DNA of 63,624 nucleotides, filler included, from Octopus bimaculoides (GCF_001194135.2; 9 parts of 8 records of this genome joined end to end with filler, not necessarily neighbours in it), one strand, 5' to 3'; positions 12,586-25,696 are shown, counted from the whole stretch's first letter. Notes: generated by a model not told the origin, from the sequence alone. Translations and numbers: made by a program.

Positions 12586-13077
12586 GATTATTCTAGTTGT
12601 CGTTATTATTTAACAATATACTACTCTGTAAACATTGGTACTCTATCATCAGCGAATGTCGACTAAAGTCTTTTCATAGAAAGGAATGTTGTGTTTAAGA
12701 CAATGTCACTAATGTAACATCTGATTAAAGGGGAGATAAGTGGGGGACGGACTTTTGTTTAGTATAAACAAACCACTTGTTTAAACATATGTCGTAATTT
12801 GTGTGTGTATGCTTGTCTCTGCGTGCGCGTGTGAGTGTGTATGTAAGTATGTATATATGTACGGATGTGTGTATGTAAGTATGTATATATATACGTATGT
12901 ATGTATGTATGTATGTATGTATGTATACCTATGTATATATGTGTGTGCGCGTATGTGTGTATGTATGTATGTATGTATGTATGTATGTATGTATGTATGT
13001 ATGTATGCAAGTATGTATGTATGTATGTATGTATGTATGTATGTATGTATGTTGTAAAGATGTATGTATGTATGTGA

Positions 13078-13250
13078 AAGTGCGTAGTCTAGCGGTTAGG
13101 GTGTTGCATTCTGGATCGCAAGATTATGGTTTCGATTCCAGGTGGTGCTTTGTGCTCTTGAGCAAAACACTCCATTTCATGTTGCTCTGCGATAACTTCG
13201 ATAATCTAACATGCCAACAAAGAAAGAGCCGGTTTCTAACCTAGATCCAA
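13078..13250 (+). mobile_element. tRNA-headed SINE (third family)
   Basis: A-box-like tagtctagcgg and B-box ggtttcgattcc, then ttgtgctcttgagcaaaacact. A similar decayed copy lies at about 3790-3900. Confidence 0.7.
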
Positions 13251-13409
13251 GGCTCCGTCATTCAAATTTCAACAACAGTGAACAGAGTTTTTTTGTATGC
13301 ATGTATGTATATGTGCAGATTTCTATGTTTTGTTTTATGTATGTATATTCATGCATATAGTTGTATATCTTGACATGCTTATATATACTTATATATACTA
13401 GTGTCTATC

Positions 13410-14085
13410 TGCTGATTTTCAGCTTCGTGTGGCTGTCTTCAGCACCTCAACATATCCTGTAGTTCCTGTAGTATTAATGCTAAGAATCAATGGAAAGGTG
13501 TGAGGCGGCATGATATGATCTTTGTTGCTTACCTCTTCAAAATCATCGAAGTCAGTGGAGACTTAGAATGCATCACTCTGGGAACAGTAGAATGATCTGT
13601 ACATAACCATCTATCATTTCTTCTGTGAGACTTTTGGTCTTAGAGGGTGTTTTTCTCATCAGAGAACCAAACCCTGTCATATTCGTGAGGGTTTTTAACG
13701 TTGTTAAGTAACCGCTTGGCACAGATCAAACGATTTTCCTGCATCTTCGTAGACAACAACTAGCTGCTCCTCAGTACATACAACTTATACCGAATGTCCT
13801 CATGCACCACAGTTTTGACAGTGCACTCTGACACCTGAAGTTCTTTAGCGATGGCTCTCATTGATTTTTCCTGGATATTCATTGATAATATTTTAAACCT
13901 TCTGGATGAATTGCAGTGTCCTTACGTTTAGAATAGTCTTTCTCTTTGACACAGTTGAAACATTCTGGCTAGAAGCTTCCAATTCTATCTGAACATTGTG
14001 TACAAAAGATCTTGTAACATTTAGAAAATTGGCAATTTCTAAATCGCTGTTCCGTATATATAACAACAATGACAGCATGTCTATT
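13410..14085 (-). mobile_element. Decayed Tc1/mariner transposase (N-terminal HTH to first catalytic D)
   Basis: The minus strand reads ...IANFLNVTRSFV...GKSMRAIAKELQVSECTVKTVVHEDIRYK...DRVWFSDEKN... with stops and frameshifts. Confidence 0.85.
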
Positions 14086-15030
14086 CTTTTCTTGTGTTAC
14101 CATTTTATCTATTATGAAGGATCTAAAAAAAATAAACCCTTTTAGTTTGTTTGAAGACGGTAATATACTGATAAGTGTTCAAATATCTCTCACACCCCGT
14201 ACTATTTCGTCGCTAAGGCTGCATCTTATCACTGTGTCATTGTAATAGTGTCATTACCTCTTCTAGTTTAGTAGGAACAGCCATTGCGTAATAGCGGTAT
14301 CGTGACGTCCATCGTGACGTTTGTTATGGCTCTTGTATCACGGTCGATAACTGCAGTGAATGTTTTCCTGATTTCAAAAGCATTTAAGAAGAGAGATCTT
14401 GAGAAATAGATGGAAGTCCCCATTGTTTCTACTTAGGTGACGTGCAGAGTTTTTCCTATGTCACAAAATACGCATGCGCATGTTTACACACACACACACA
14501 CANNNNNNNNNNNNNNNNNNNNNNNNNNNNNNNNNNNNNNNNNNNNNNNNNNNNNNNNNNNNNNNNNNNNNNNNNNNNNNNNNNNNNNNNNNNNNNNNNN
14601 NNNNNNNNNNNNNNNNNNNNNNNNNNNNNNNNNNNNNNNNNNNNNNNNNNNNNNNNNNNNNNNNNNNNNNNNNNNNNNNNNNNNNNNNNNNNNNNNNNNN
14701 NNNNNNNNNNNNNNNNNNNNNNNNNNNNNNNNNNNNNNNNNNNNNNNNNNNNNNNNNNNNNNNNNNNNNNNNNNNNNNNNNNNNNNNNNNNNNNNNNNNN
14801 NNNNNNNNNNNNNNNNNNNNNNNNNNNNNNNNNNNNNNNNNNNNNNNNNNNNNNNNNNNNNNNNNNNNNNNNNNNNNNNNNNNNNNNNNNNNNNNNNNNN
14901 NNNNNNNNNNNNNNNNNNNNNNNNNNNNNTTATCTGTTTCGGGACAATATATATATATATGTGCGTGTGTGTGTGTGTATAGTAAAGAGTTTCATTGAAG
15001 AGAGTATATGTATGTATATATATGTATATG

Positions 15031-15083
<53 letters not shown>

Positions 15084-15154
15084 TAAAAAGCATTTATTCG
15101 GGCGGCCTTGAGCAGAAATATTAGAAAAGTTGATACAATGCGAGACGAACAATG

Positions 15155-15186
<32 letters not shown>

Positions 15187-15364
15187 CGTCGGGTTACCGT
15201 ACTACCAATTACACCAAATCTTGGTTTCTCACTCCTTTTTTTTCTATCATTGACCCTGCATATGAATATCATACATATAAAATATAGCATATTATATTTA
15301 TATTTTGGCGTTTTATCTAAATCATAAATATAAAATTTCAGTGCGATATTTGGCTGTGTGAGGT

Positions 15365-15560
15365 GGCGGGCTGGCAGAATTGTGACAACGTCGGAAAAAA
15401 GGCTCAGTGGCATTTCTTCCGGATTTTTTTACGCTCTGAGTTCAAATCACGACTAGGTCAACTTTTCCTTTCATCCGTTCAGAGTCGATAAAATAAAGTA
15501 CCAGTGAAGTACTGGAATTGATGTAATCGACTTGTCTTCTCTCCTCAAAATTACTACTGG
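15365..15560 (+). mobile_element. SINE family B
   Basis: ggctggcagaattg ... ctctgagttcaaatcacgactaggtcaac ... gtaccagtgaagtactgg. Confidence 0.85.
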
Positions 15561-16380
15561 CCTTTAACCCTACGACGGATCGGCGTTCCGTTAAAGAAGA
15601 ATGTTGTAATGTCGGTTTAGTTATACGTCACTGAAGACGGTTAATCGGCCTTATAAGTCCCATGGCTCATGAAAAATAGTAATAATAATAATGATAAAAA
15701 CAAAGCATCTGGGTGTCTGAGACAGTACAGAAGCAGTCTAGCTGATGTTGGTTGAGTGACTACAACAAAAGATATAAATCTGTGACCCCATTAAGATAAG
15801 AGAGTAGAAAATATTCTTGAATTACCAAATATAATGTTTATAAGTGCAATTCTGACAGTTTAACTTGATAGGGCCTATTTGGTGCAATCTGGAGTATCGT
15901 TACTGGGAAAGCAATATTCACGTGATTCGCCTTCTGTTGTAGGGTTTATATAATGTTATCACGAGTTAGAATATGAATATAATATATTTACATTTTTAAG
16001 AATTTGGAGACTTAGAGAGAACGAGAAATAATTTGTCTCTAACGGTTGAACTCGAAGGAGATAAAAGCATAAATAATAGAGTGTAAATATTGGTGAGAAA
16101 AAAACCCCTTTGGATAGTAAAAGTCGAAGATTGGTAAGAACACAGTTTCTTAAATGGATAGAAAAATTCAAAAGGATTGCTTTCTTCCAGTGGTTTAACT
16201 TTTGTCATGTTTGCAGAAAATGTACAGATTCACAGAAGGGTCCGTGTTCCACGGTCAGCCTTCCATTTTTTTCTATTTGTGCTCTACTTACATTTACTGG
16301 TATCTGATCGTTGAACATCTATAGCCAAATTCTCTTAATAGGGGGTGCTCAATTGATATATATGTATATATGTACTAATA

Positions 16381-16545
16381 CACGACAGGTTTCCATACAG
16401 TGTCCGTTTACCAAATTCACTTGCAAGGCATTAGTCAGCCGGTGCAATGGTAGATTATACTAATTCAAGGTGCTAGGCAGTGAGACTGAACCCGAAACCA
16501 TGCGATTGCAAAGCGAGCTTCTTAATCACACAGCAATGGCTGCTC
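16381..16545 (-). mobile_element. SINE family A, 5' part, diverged
   Basis: gagactgaacccgaaaccatgcgattgcaaagcgagcttcttaatcacacagc is the reverse complement of the family A head. Confidence 0.8.
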
Positions 16546-16996
16546 TCGCTCAGGATCAAATATCTCAAAACTTAAACAAACACGACCATAGAAAAACACA
16601 ATCGCTTGGAAAGGCCATACAGAACAGGATTTTCCTCGTAAATGCACAAGCAGAATATAGACACACACACACACTCACAGAAACAGTCACATATATACAT
16701 ATCCATACATACATACATACATCCACGCACACAGACACACACACATTCACACGTATATATATNNNNNNNNNNNNNNNNNNNNNNNNNNNNNNNNNNNNNN
16801 NNNNNNTTAATTAATTAANNNNNNNNNNNNNNNNNNNNNNNNNNNNNNNNNNNNNNNNNNNNTATATATATATATATATATGAATGTGTGTACGTGCGTG
16901 TTTCAAAATGTACTTGAGACGTTATACCAAGTACGATGTTTACCTATCAATCACCCTTATTACCCCTACCCATATTTTCTTCCACCATCTCCTCAG

Positions 16997-17075
16997 TAGT
17001 CGTCTACAACAAAGAAAAAGCTGCAAAAGCAGCCAGCCGTATTAGTTGTAATGCCGCACTTGGTGGATACCTGCG
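16997..17075 (+). CDS. Probable linker exon (phase 1-2) joining the EGF exon to the first LRR exon
   Basis: Pyrimidine tract plus CAG (tandem CAGTAG) acceptor and gtgaga donor; 79 nt. Only the phase 1-to-2 frame is open (VVYNKEKAAKAASRISCNAALGGYLR), which is the phase needed to bridge the neighbouring exons. Confidence 0.6.
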
Positions 17076-17379
17076 GTGAGAGTGAATTTGATCACAGATC
17101 ACAAATTTGTGATATCGATTGTGTGCGAAAGTTCCTATGAGTGAATGTGTGTGTTTGTATGCGCGTGTATGATTGTGTCTGCATAAGTTTATCTGTGCAT
17201 GTGCATATACAAGTTTGCCTCTTGTATGTATGAGTATATAGCATTTACGTACGTGTGTGTCTATAATTCTCCCTGTAACTGTTTAACTGTGTCTCAGTTA
17301 TAGACCAGCGCGTATTGCCAAAAATGACTCTAACTCACAATTTAATGAACACGTTATACAAAATATACTTTTACTTTAT

Positions 17380-18600
17380 CTTGTCTTCTTTCAGCCTTTC
17401 TCTTTTCTGTTTCCCTTCCTTCATTTTCTCTTCACTGCCCTCTCCTCTTTTATATTTTCCTTCTGCGTCGTCTTCATAAAAATCTTCCTCTTTTCTATTC
17501 TTTGTTTTTTTATCTTATTTTCATCTATTTCTTGTACTATATCTATTCACATTTTGTTTTCGTCATCCACATCTATTCATAATTTATCCTTTGTTTCTTA
17601 TTTCTCTTCTGCGTCGTATAATACTTGTAAATCTTTTGTAGAAACTTTTTCGTTAGATATAAACATTATCACCTCACTTGGTTGTTATTGCTGTTGTTGT
17701 TATTGTTGTTATTCTTGTTATTGTTGTTGTTGTTGTTCTTCTTCTTCTTCCTCTACTTCTCCTCCTCCTCCTCGCCCTCCTATTTATTTTTCTTCTTTTA
17801 TTCCCCTCCATTTACTTATTTCATATTTCCTTCATCTCTTTTAATTATTTTAGCTTTTTTTACTGCTGTTTCATTATCGACATCTTATTCTTCATTTTCT
17901 AGTCATCCATCTTATTTTTTGAGCTTCTTCTTTGTCTCATCTCACTTCCTACGCTTGTATTGTTCGCATTCTCGTTCCTTCCTAACCTGTAAGTCTGTTG
18001 TATGTTGTTGTTATTTTTCTTCTTCTTCGGCCCTTTCTTTTTTCTTTCCTTCTTCACTTTGATCCTCTTGTTCGCTTTCTATTCCACCACGTCCTCCCCT
18101 TCTACCTCTTTTCGAGTTATTTTTACTCCCTTTTGCAATCTCTTCCAAATTTTAAATCTTTTAATTCTTTTATCTCAAGTTTCGTTTACGTCACGTTTTT
18201 TTCTTAATTTCTTTCTTCTCTATTTTATTGACAATATCATGGTATTCATCAACACCATCATCAACAGTCCCATCATCACAGTCATCTGCATCATTTTCAG
18301 CACCCTTATCTTTATCATCATCAACATATTCATTATGATCGTAAATAGAAAGAACATCAGCTTCACTATCGTCATCAAAATCATCGTCACCAACATAGTT
18401 GTCCTCATCATCATCGTTGTCACAAACTTCATCACGTTCATCGGCAACAAAATTAACTGCATCACCACTACTATCATCCTCTTGTCCTTAGCCGCTTCTT
18501 ATTTATCCACACCAACAATTTCTTCTTCCATCCTCCTCCTCCTACTCCTGATCATCAAAACCTTTTATCCTTCTTCTCCATCAAGTAACTGTTTAGCTAT
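17380..18600. repeat. Pyrimidine-rich (TTC/TCT) then (CAT)n low-complexity block
   Basis: Seen directly; precedes LRR exon 1. Confidence 0.85.
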
Positions 18601-18737
18601 ATTTTACATTTTATCATGAAACACTTCTATATATATTCTAATCATGTGACATTTTATTTTACACACATTTCGGTGATAATATATTGTAATAGAACTCCTC
18701 TCTACGAGTTCTTATCAACTAACATTTTATGTTCCAG

Positions 18738-18809
18738 ATATTTGAATGAAAGTAATATTAAAGAAATTCAAGTAGGAACCTTGGATGATCTGCCCAGTTT
18801 AAAATATCT
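18738..18809 (+). CDS. LRR exon 1 (72 nt, phase 2-2)
   Basis: ttttatgttccag acceptor, gtaagt donor; YLNESNIKEIQVGTLDDLPSLKYL. Confidence 0.85.
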
Positions 18810-19239
18810 GTAAGTAGGATAAGACTTGTTGATAATATTTCACAGACAATATATAACTAGATATTCAAAATCTTCCCATTTTGTTTCGCATCCCGTCCTT
18901 CTCCCTCTTTACTTTTTCACTCATTTTCTTTGATTGTTTTTGAATGTCTGTGTATATGTATGTCTGTGAGTGGTGTAAATATATATGTGTATTGGCATGA
19001 ATAACATTTTGTGTATGTACGTGAATATATATATGTGTGTGTGTGTGAGTGTGTATGTGTCTGTGTTTTTGTGCATGAGTGAATATGTAAGAGTGCATCG
19101 ATTTGTGTTTCTATTTCTATTCGTATATCATTTGCTGTGTTTATCTCTAGATCAATGTGATTACCATGCATCACTCTCGTAATTGTATAACTAAAAGTAC
19201 ATTATTAATATTAATTTTTTATAACTTCCAGATTTTACT

Positions 19240-21640
19240 AAATTTCGTCCTTTTCTTTCTTCTCTTTCGTCTTGTTCTTGTTCTTCTTGTTCTTGTTCTT
19301 CCGCTTCTTCTTTTTCTACTTCTTCCTCTCATTCTTCACCTTCATCTTCTTTCCCTTGGTATTTTTTATTTCGTCATTCTTCCACTTCCGCTTTGTCTCC
19401 TTGCTCTTCGTCCTTTTCTTTCCTCCCTTTCGTCTTGTTCTTGTTCTTTCTCCNNNNNNNNNNNNNNNNNNNNNNNNNNNNNNNNNNNNNNNNNNNNNNN
19501 NNNNNNNNNNNNNNNNNNNNNNNNNNNNNNNNNNNNNNNNNNNNNNNNNNNNNNNNNNNNNNNNNNNNNNNNNNNNNNNNNNNNNNNNNNNNNNNNNNNN
19601 NNNNNNNNNNNNNNNNNNNNNNNNNNNNNNNNNNNNNNNNNNNNNNNNNNNNNNNNNNNNNNNNNNNNNNNNNNNNNNNNNNNNNNNNNNNNNNNNNNNN
19701 NNNNNNNNNNNNNNNNNNNNNNNNNNNNNNNNNNNNNNNNNNNNNNNNNNNNNNNNNNNNNNNNNNNNNNNNNNNNNNNNNNNNNNNNNNNNNNNNNNNN
19801 NNNNNNNNNNNNNNNNNNNNNNNNNNNNNNNNNNNNNNNNNNNNNNNNNNNNNNNNNNNNNNNNNNNNNNNNNNNNNNNNNNNNNNNNNNNNNNNNNNNN
19901 NNNNNNNNNNNNNNNNNNNNNNNNNNNNNNNNNNNNNNNNNNNNNNNNNNNNNNNNNNNNNNNNNNNNNNNNNNNNNNNNNNNNNNNNNNNNNNNNNNNN
20001 NNNNNNNNNNNNNNNNNNNNNNNNNNNNNNNNNNNNNNNNNNNNNNNNNNNNNNNNNNNNNNNNNNNNNNNNNNNNNNNNNNNNNNNNNNNNNNNNNNNN
20101 NNNNNNNNNNNNNNNNNNNNNNNNNNNNNNNNNNNNNNNNNNNNNNNNNNNNNNNNNNNNNNNNNNNNNNNNNNNNNNNNNNNNNNNNNNNNNNNNNNNN
20201 NNNNNNNNNNNNNNNNNNNNNNNNNNNNNNNNNNNNNNNNNNNNNNNNNNNNNNNNNNNNNNNNNNNNNNNNNNNNNNNNNNNNNNNNNNNNNNNNNNNN
20301 NNNNNNNNNNNNNNNNNNNNNNNNNNNNNNNNNNTGTTCTTGTTCTTCCGCTTCTTCTTTTTCTACTTCTTCCTCTCATTCTTCACCTTCATCTTCTTTC
20401 CCTTGGTATTTTTTATTTCGTCATTCTTCCACTTCCGCTTTGTCTCCTTGCTCTTCGTCCTTTTCTTTCCTCCCTTTCGTCTTGTTCTTGTTCTTTCTCC
20501 ACTTCTTTTTCTACTTCTTCCTCTCATTCTTCACTTTCATCTTCTTTCCCTTGATATTTTTTTTATTTCCCCATTCTTCCACATCCGTTTTGTTTCCTTG
20601 CTCTTCGTTTTCTTCTTTTTTGTCCTCTTCTCTTCGTCCTCTTCTCTTCGTCCTCTTTTCATTCTATTTCTTCTTTTCTTCCTCTTCTTATTTTTCTCTT
20701 GTCTCGTTTTTGTTATTTAAGTTCCTGTTGTTGTTCTTTTATTTCTGGCTTCTTCTTCTTCTTCTTCTTCTTCTTCTTCTTCTTCTTCTTCTTCTTCTTC
20801 TTCTTCTTCTTCTTCTTCTTCTTCTCCTCCACCTTCTGCTTCTTTTTTCTTCTTCTTCTTCTTCTTCTTCTTCTTCTTCTTCTTCTTCTTCTTCTTCGTC
20901 TTCTTCTTCTTCTTTTTCTTCTTCTTTTTCTTCTTCTTCTTCTTCCTCTTCTTCTTCTTCTTCCTCTTCTTCTTATCCTCTTCCTCCTCCTCTATTTTCA
21001 TCTCTCTCATATTATTTTCCTTCTTTTTACTCTTCTCCTTATCTCTCTTCTTTTCTTTCATTTTCTCCTCCTACTCTTTCTTTCCGTCTCCACCTCCTAC
21101 TCCTACTCCTCCTCCTCCTCATTCTTCTTCTTCTTCTTCTTGTTCATCTTTTTTTCTGATTTGGTTGTTGTTGTTCTCCTACTACTAGTTCATCTCCTTT
21201 TCCTTATTTTTGCTGTCGTTGTTCTTGTTCTACCATTTCTTTTGCTCTTAATTATTTTCCTCTTTTCCTTTATTTTCTTTTTTTCTTTCACTTCTTGCTA
21301 TTCTACTGGGCGTTTTACTTCTGTTTAATTGCCGTCATCTTTTTCTTCATTTTCTACTCATCCTTCTTTTTTAACTTATTTTAGATTCCATCTTACCTCA
21401 TCAGCTTCTATTTTTCGCATTTTCGTTTCTCCCTGATCTCTTAGTCTTCTTCTTGCTCTTGTACTCCTCCTCCTCCTCCTCCTCCTACTACTACTACTTG
21501 TTATTTGTCATGTTCTTCTAAACTCTATTTCTATTCCTCTTCCTTATTCTCTATGTTCCCCTTCTATCACTACTCCGACCTCCTCTTCTACCTCTTTTCC
21601 GTCTTCTTTTCATTCTCCTCCTCTGACTTCACCATCTTTT
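19240..21640. repeat. TTC-rich tandem array (unit about 145-160 bp) plus (TTC)n, spanning a gap
   Basis: The unit ...ttcttccgcttcttctttttctacttcttcctctcattcttcaccttcatc... occurs on both sides of the 19454-20334 gap and again at about 20480-20620. Confidence 0.85.
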
Positions 21641-21775
21641 TCCAGACTTAAAACATTTTTCAGTCCGTCGTCTCGAATTTCTTTCATATTATATTTTTCC
21701 TGAATTCTTTTTCTTCTTTTCTTCCTAAACAATCAGTTCCATACAAACTCTACTTAACTCAATTTTATTTGACAG

Positions 21776-21847
21776 GAATTTGGGTGGTAATGACATCACG
21801 GAAATCAAAAGGGAAATATTCCAAAACCTTTCCAGTTTAACAACTCT
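21776..21847 (+). CDS. LRR exon 2 (72 nt, phase 2-2)
   Basis: ttttatttgacag acceptor, gtaagt donor; NLGGNDITEIKREIFQNLSSLTTL fits xLxxNxIxxIxxxxFxxLxxLxxL. Confidence 0.92.
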
Positions 21848-22108
21848 GTAAGTTAAATCAATCTTGTTTATATTATTTCATTGTCGATATATTTCTAAAT
21901 ATGTAATACGTAATACATTCTATAATGTATTCTATATTATATATTATTCTATATTATTCTATATTATTATACCTCCAGTAATACATTCTAATCTCCCTAA
22001 CCCGACTTCACCTCTACAATCACTCTCTGTCCAAAGTGTGTGTTACTGTGACAATAAAGGGGAAAATATGTATGCATGCATATATATATATAGAGAGAGA
22101 GAGAGAAG

Positions 22109-22148
<40 letters not shown>

Positions 22149-22329
22149 GAGACAGAGAGAGAGAGAGAGAGAAAGAGCGAGAGATAGATGGATAGATAAA
22201 TATCAAAATGTTCATGCCATTTATTATAGAAGGAATATAGAGAAATTCAATAGTTAGCATCAGATAATACAATGATTTAGAGCTCTGACTGCATACGGGA
22301 GTCAGAAACGATCATGTCACATGTTACAT

Positions 22330-22945
22330 ATTCATCAGTTACACAACCAAACTTACCTCTAAGTGCAGACAACTTATAGGATGGATCCCTCGAACCTTCA
22401 CGACAAGATAACCGTAGTTGTGCTAACTGTATAGAAAATATTAGTACTGAGCATATAAGACTATTGCCCACACCTTTGGTCTTCAAATTCTCCCGTTCTC
22501 ATAGAAGAAATTGCAGGGTTACAAAGAACATTCACTTGTAAAATAATTTTGGTTAATGTCCTTAATTACTGGTGATGCCTGAAACCTTTGCGTCTCTACT
22601 ATCTGGAGCGCCGAAGAGAAAGGTATACTGTTCTGTACGTATGGAAGATCGTGGAGGAACATGTTCCAAACATCGGCATTAAAGCGAATTTTTATGCTCC
22701 ATCTGGCGGGTACTGTCATCTTCCAAATATACTTTCTTGAAACTCACGGGCAAAAACTATCTACTGTAGCAGTCTAATGTTCAGAGGCCCTCAAGTATTT
22801 AACTACTTACATAAAGAGATCAGATATATAAAAGGGACCTGTACTGAAACTTTCAAAAAAATCATTGAATGAACTCCTAACGACGATATCGTAAAACCAA
22901 CCATCCTAGGATACACAGAAGGGAGATCGGAAACTACAAATTTAA
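22330..22945 (+). mobile_element. CR1/L2-group LINE, 3' end of ORF2 (decayed)
   Basis: Reads LRLYYLERRRERYTVLYVWKIVEEHVPN...SLMFRGPQVFNYLHKEIRYIKG...FKKSLNELL, the characteristic post-RT motif (LERRR ... GP.LFN.LP). Confidence 0.75.
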
Positions 22946-23057
22946 TCACCGACCAACTTCCATTCATAAAGTGACAACAAGACTAAAAAAAATATTAAGG
23001 CGTTGCCCAACATGGCCACAGTTCGCCGACTGAAACCATTAAAAAATAAAAGTATAA

Positions 23058-23108
<51 letters not shown>

Positions 23109-23111
23109 CAT

Positions 23112-23143
<32 letters not shown>

Positions 23144-23616
23144 GTGTGTGTGTNNNNNNNNNNNNNNNNNNNNNNNNNNNNNNNNNNNNNNNNNNNNNNN
23201 NNNNNNNNNNNNNNNNNNNNNNNNNNNNNNNNNNNNNNNNNNNNNNNNNNNNNNNNNNNNNNNNNNNNNNNNNNNNNNNNNNNNNNNNNNNNNNNNNNNN
23301 NNNNNNNNNNNNNNNNNNNNNNNNNNNNNNNNNNNNNNNNNNNNNNNNNNNNNNNNNNNNNNNNNNNNNNNNNNNNNNNNNNNNNNNNNNNNNNNNNNNN
23401 NNNNNNNNNNNNNNNNNNNNNNNNNNNNNNNNNNNNNNNNNNNNNNNNNNNNNNNNNNNNNNNNNNNNNNNNNNNNNNNNNNNNNNNNNNNNNNNNNNNN
23501 NNNNNNNNNNNNNNNNNNNNNNNNNNNNNNNNNNNNNNNNNNNNNNNNNNNNNNNNNNNNNNNNNNNNNNNNNNNNNNNNNNNNNNNNNNNNNNNNNNNN
23601 NNNNNNNNNNNNNNNN

Positions 23617-23654
<38 letters not shown>

Positions 23655-23673
23655 GTTGTTCTGATGAGTTTTA

Positions 23674-24309
23674 TTCGTAGCCACTTTAACATAGCTGTCA
23701 GTTCGAGCGAACTCTATTGTGATTTCTGAACCCCAAGAGGACATCTCTAGGTGCTTAACGATGCACAAGTGCATCCGATAAAATTGCGAGCAGAGGAGCG
23801 AAGCACTACCATTTACTGGCGACTGGACCAGTAGACCAGTCGTGGTTTCGGGATATTTCTGCCACTCCTTAGTACTAGACACCTTGTCTGCTACAGATGA
23901 TAATAGCTCGCTTCTTCAAGCTTGAACAGAGAGCCATGTTAAAGTGCTTTACAAATATTACTTGTCAGTACCAGTACTGCATTGAGATATTTTGGGACTG
24001 ACATTTTAAATCTTTGCAAAAGTAGCGATTGTGTGTTCGGTTGAAATATGTATAATGTGTACAGAAGCGAGCGCCTATCATCTCTAACAGACGAGGTGTC
24101 CAGTACTGAAGAATGGTAAAAATAGCCCGAAAACACGACTGGTCTACTGGACTGTTTCTGTCCCTTAGAGTTGGTAGAGGTTCATTTCTCTGCTCGCAAT
24201 TTTATCGCATGCAGCTGGGCATTATGAACCAGCTAGCGGAGATGTTCTCTTGCGATTAAAAATTGTAATAGAGTCCGCTCCAATGGACACCCATGTTACA
24301 GTGGCTACG

Positions 24310-24311
<2 letters not shown>
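23674..24311. mobile_element. MITE with roughly 245-bp TIRs and TA target duplication
   Basis: TA|TTCGTAGCCAC ... GTGGCTACGAA|TA; 23674 to about 23915 is the reverse complement of about 24062-24311. Confidence 0.8.
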
Positions 24312-24359
<48 letters not shown>

Positions 24360-24363
<4 letters not shown>

Positions 24364-25215
24364 TGGAGAATTTGTCATTTTAATTGTGATGACATCGTCT
24401 CATTATTTTGGGTGGATGGTCTTGGTTAGAAATAGATTTTGTTTTTGCATTAGTGCTTTGGTGGATTGTTTGTTGGTCTGTTTATTTGGTTTGCTGGTAG
24501 GTTGGTTGGTTTGTTGGTTGGTTGTTTGGTTGGTTGGTTTCCTGTATATAGGAAAAGTTTCGATCGGTAGTACACTTCGTGACGTCACTTCATTTTGCTT
24601 TGGTCAAGTTTGACGTTCTCCTCGGTGGACATCCTTGTAGGGAATAGTCATCAACCGTTCTTGCTGGTTGATTCTCTTAAGGAGTCAGTTTGTTTTTTTC
24701 CTGAGGGTCAGATTCTGATCTGAGGTAAAATTACATTGGTCGTGTGAGTGATGTCAGCAACTATTGTATGAGAGGATGAATGGTGTCTTCTATAGTGTTT
24801 TGGAATGGCGGTTTCGAAATCAAGGAGGTAGACTTACTAAAGATTTCGAATTGTGTTTAGTTCTTGGTTGTTTTGTGAAGAAACTGAGTTTTTTTCTTTC
24901 TGGTGTGTCACTAAAGGGTATTTAGTTGAGGTTTATATTTTTTTAATGAGCATGCGTTCCTTATTCAATCCGAATTGGGGCTAAGCGTTTCCAGTGCATT
25001 GATAGAGAGCAATGACTTGGTATTCCGGTTGTATTATCTAGGTATTTGCTTACGGCAATTTTGCTAGTCGTAGGGTCCCGGATTTCTTGCCTATGTACCG
25101 TCAGTCTTTCCCTCAAGGTCAAACTAGTTTGACCTATGTAGCTTCCATCACACCAACTACATTTGAGGACAGATTAAGTTCTTCGATGGACAGGTGAAGT
25201 GAGTTTTATGATGAA
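24360..25215 (-). mobile_element. Penelope-like element 3' fragment: decayed GIY-YIG endonuclease plus 3' repeat
   Basis: Minus strand about 25210-24915 reads LKCSWCDGSYIGQTSLTLRERLTVHRQEIRDP...KERMLIKKYKPQLN; a degenerate hammerhead-like GAAACCG lies downstream at about 24810. Confidence 0.8.
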
Positions 25216-25652
25216 AGTTTGAGGTCTTCTTTTCTTCTTCTGTTCCTTTTTTCCTTCCTTTTCTACTACCTCTTTTCTCCTCCTCTCTCTTTCTTCTCCC
25301 TCTTTTTCTTATCCTTCTTCCACTTTTTTTCCACCTCTTCATCTTCGTCGCGTATGCCCTGTTTTTGTTTTAATAGTTTGTTTCTTTTGTTGTTTTCCCT
25401 ATCCCCTCATTCTTTTCTTCTTTCCTATTCTTTCTTTTTCTTCTATTTCACCTCCTACTCCCGCTTCTGCTTTTTTCTAATTCTTCTTAAGTTTTACTCT
25501 TCATCCCCCGTCCTTTTCTGCTCTTCACTTTTTATTTTAGATTTGCTGTTGTGCTTCTTCTACTAATACTACTACTACCACTACTATTATTTCTCTTTCT
25601 TCTTCTTCTTCTTCTTCTTCTTCTTCTTCTTCTTCTTCTTCTTCTTCTTCTT

Positions 25653-25696
<44 letters not shown>

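Noticed and set aside
13655-13662. CTGATGAG on the minus strand
   Set aside because: It is the coding sequence of the mariner WFSDEK motif; there is no GAAA half or stems.
16180-16255. Cys-containing candidate exon (KCTDSQKGPCST / ENVQIHRRVRVP)
   Set aside because: Weak donor (gtcagc), no domain match, and 16997-17075 explains the phase bridge better.
17554-21328. Long ORFs rich in L/F/S or K/E, and similar ORFs at 5446-5924, 12009-13244, 25219-26502, 49553-50358 and 52270-52945
   Set aside because: They are translations of microsatellites and N gaps, with no domain content.
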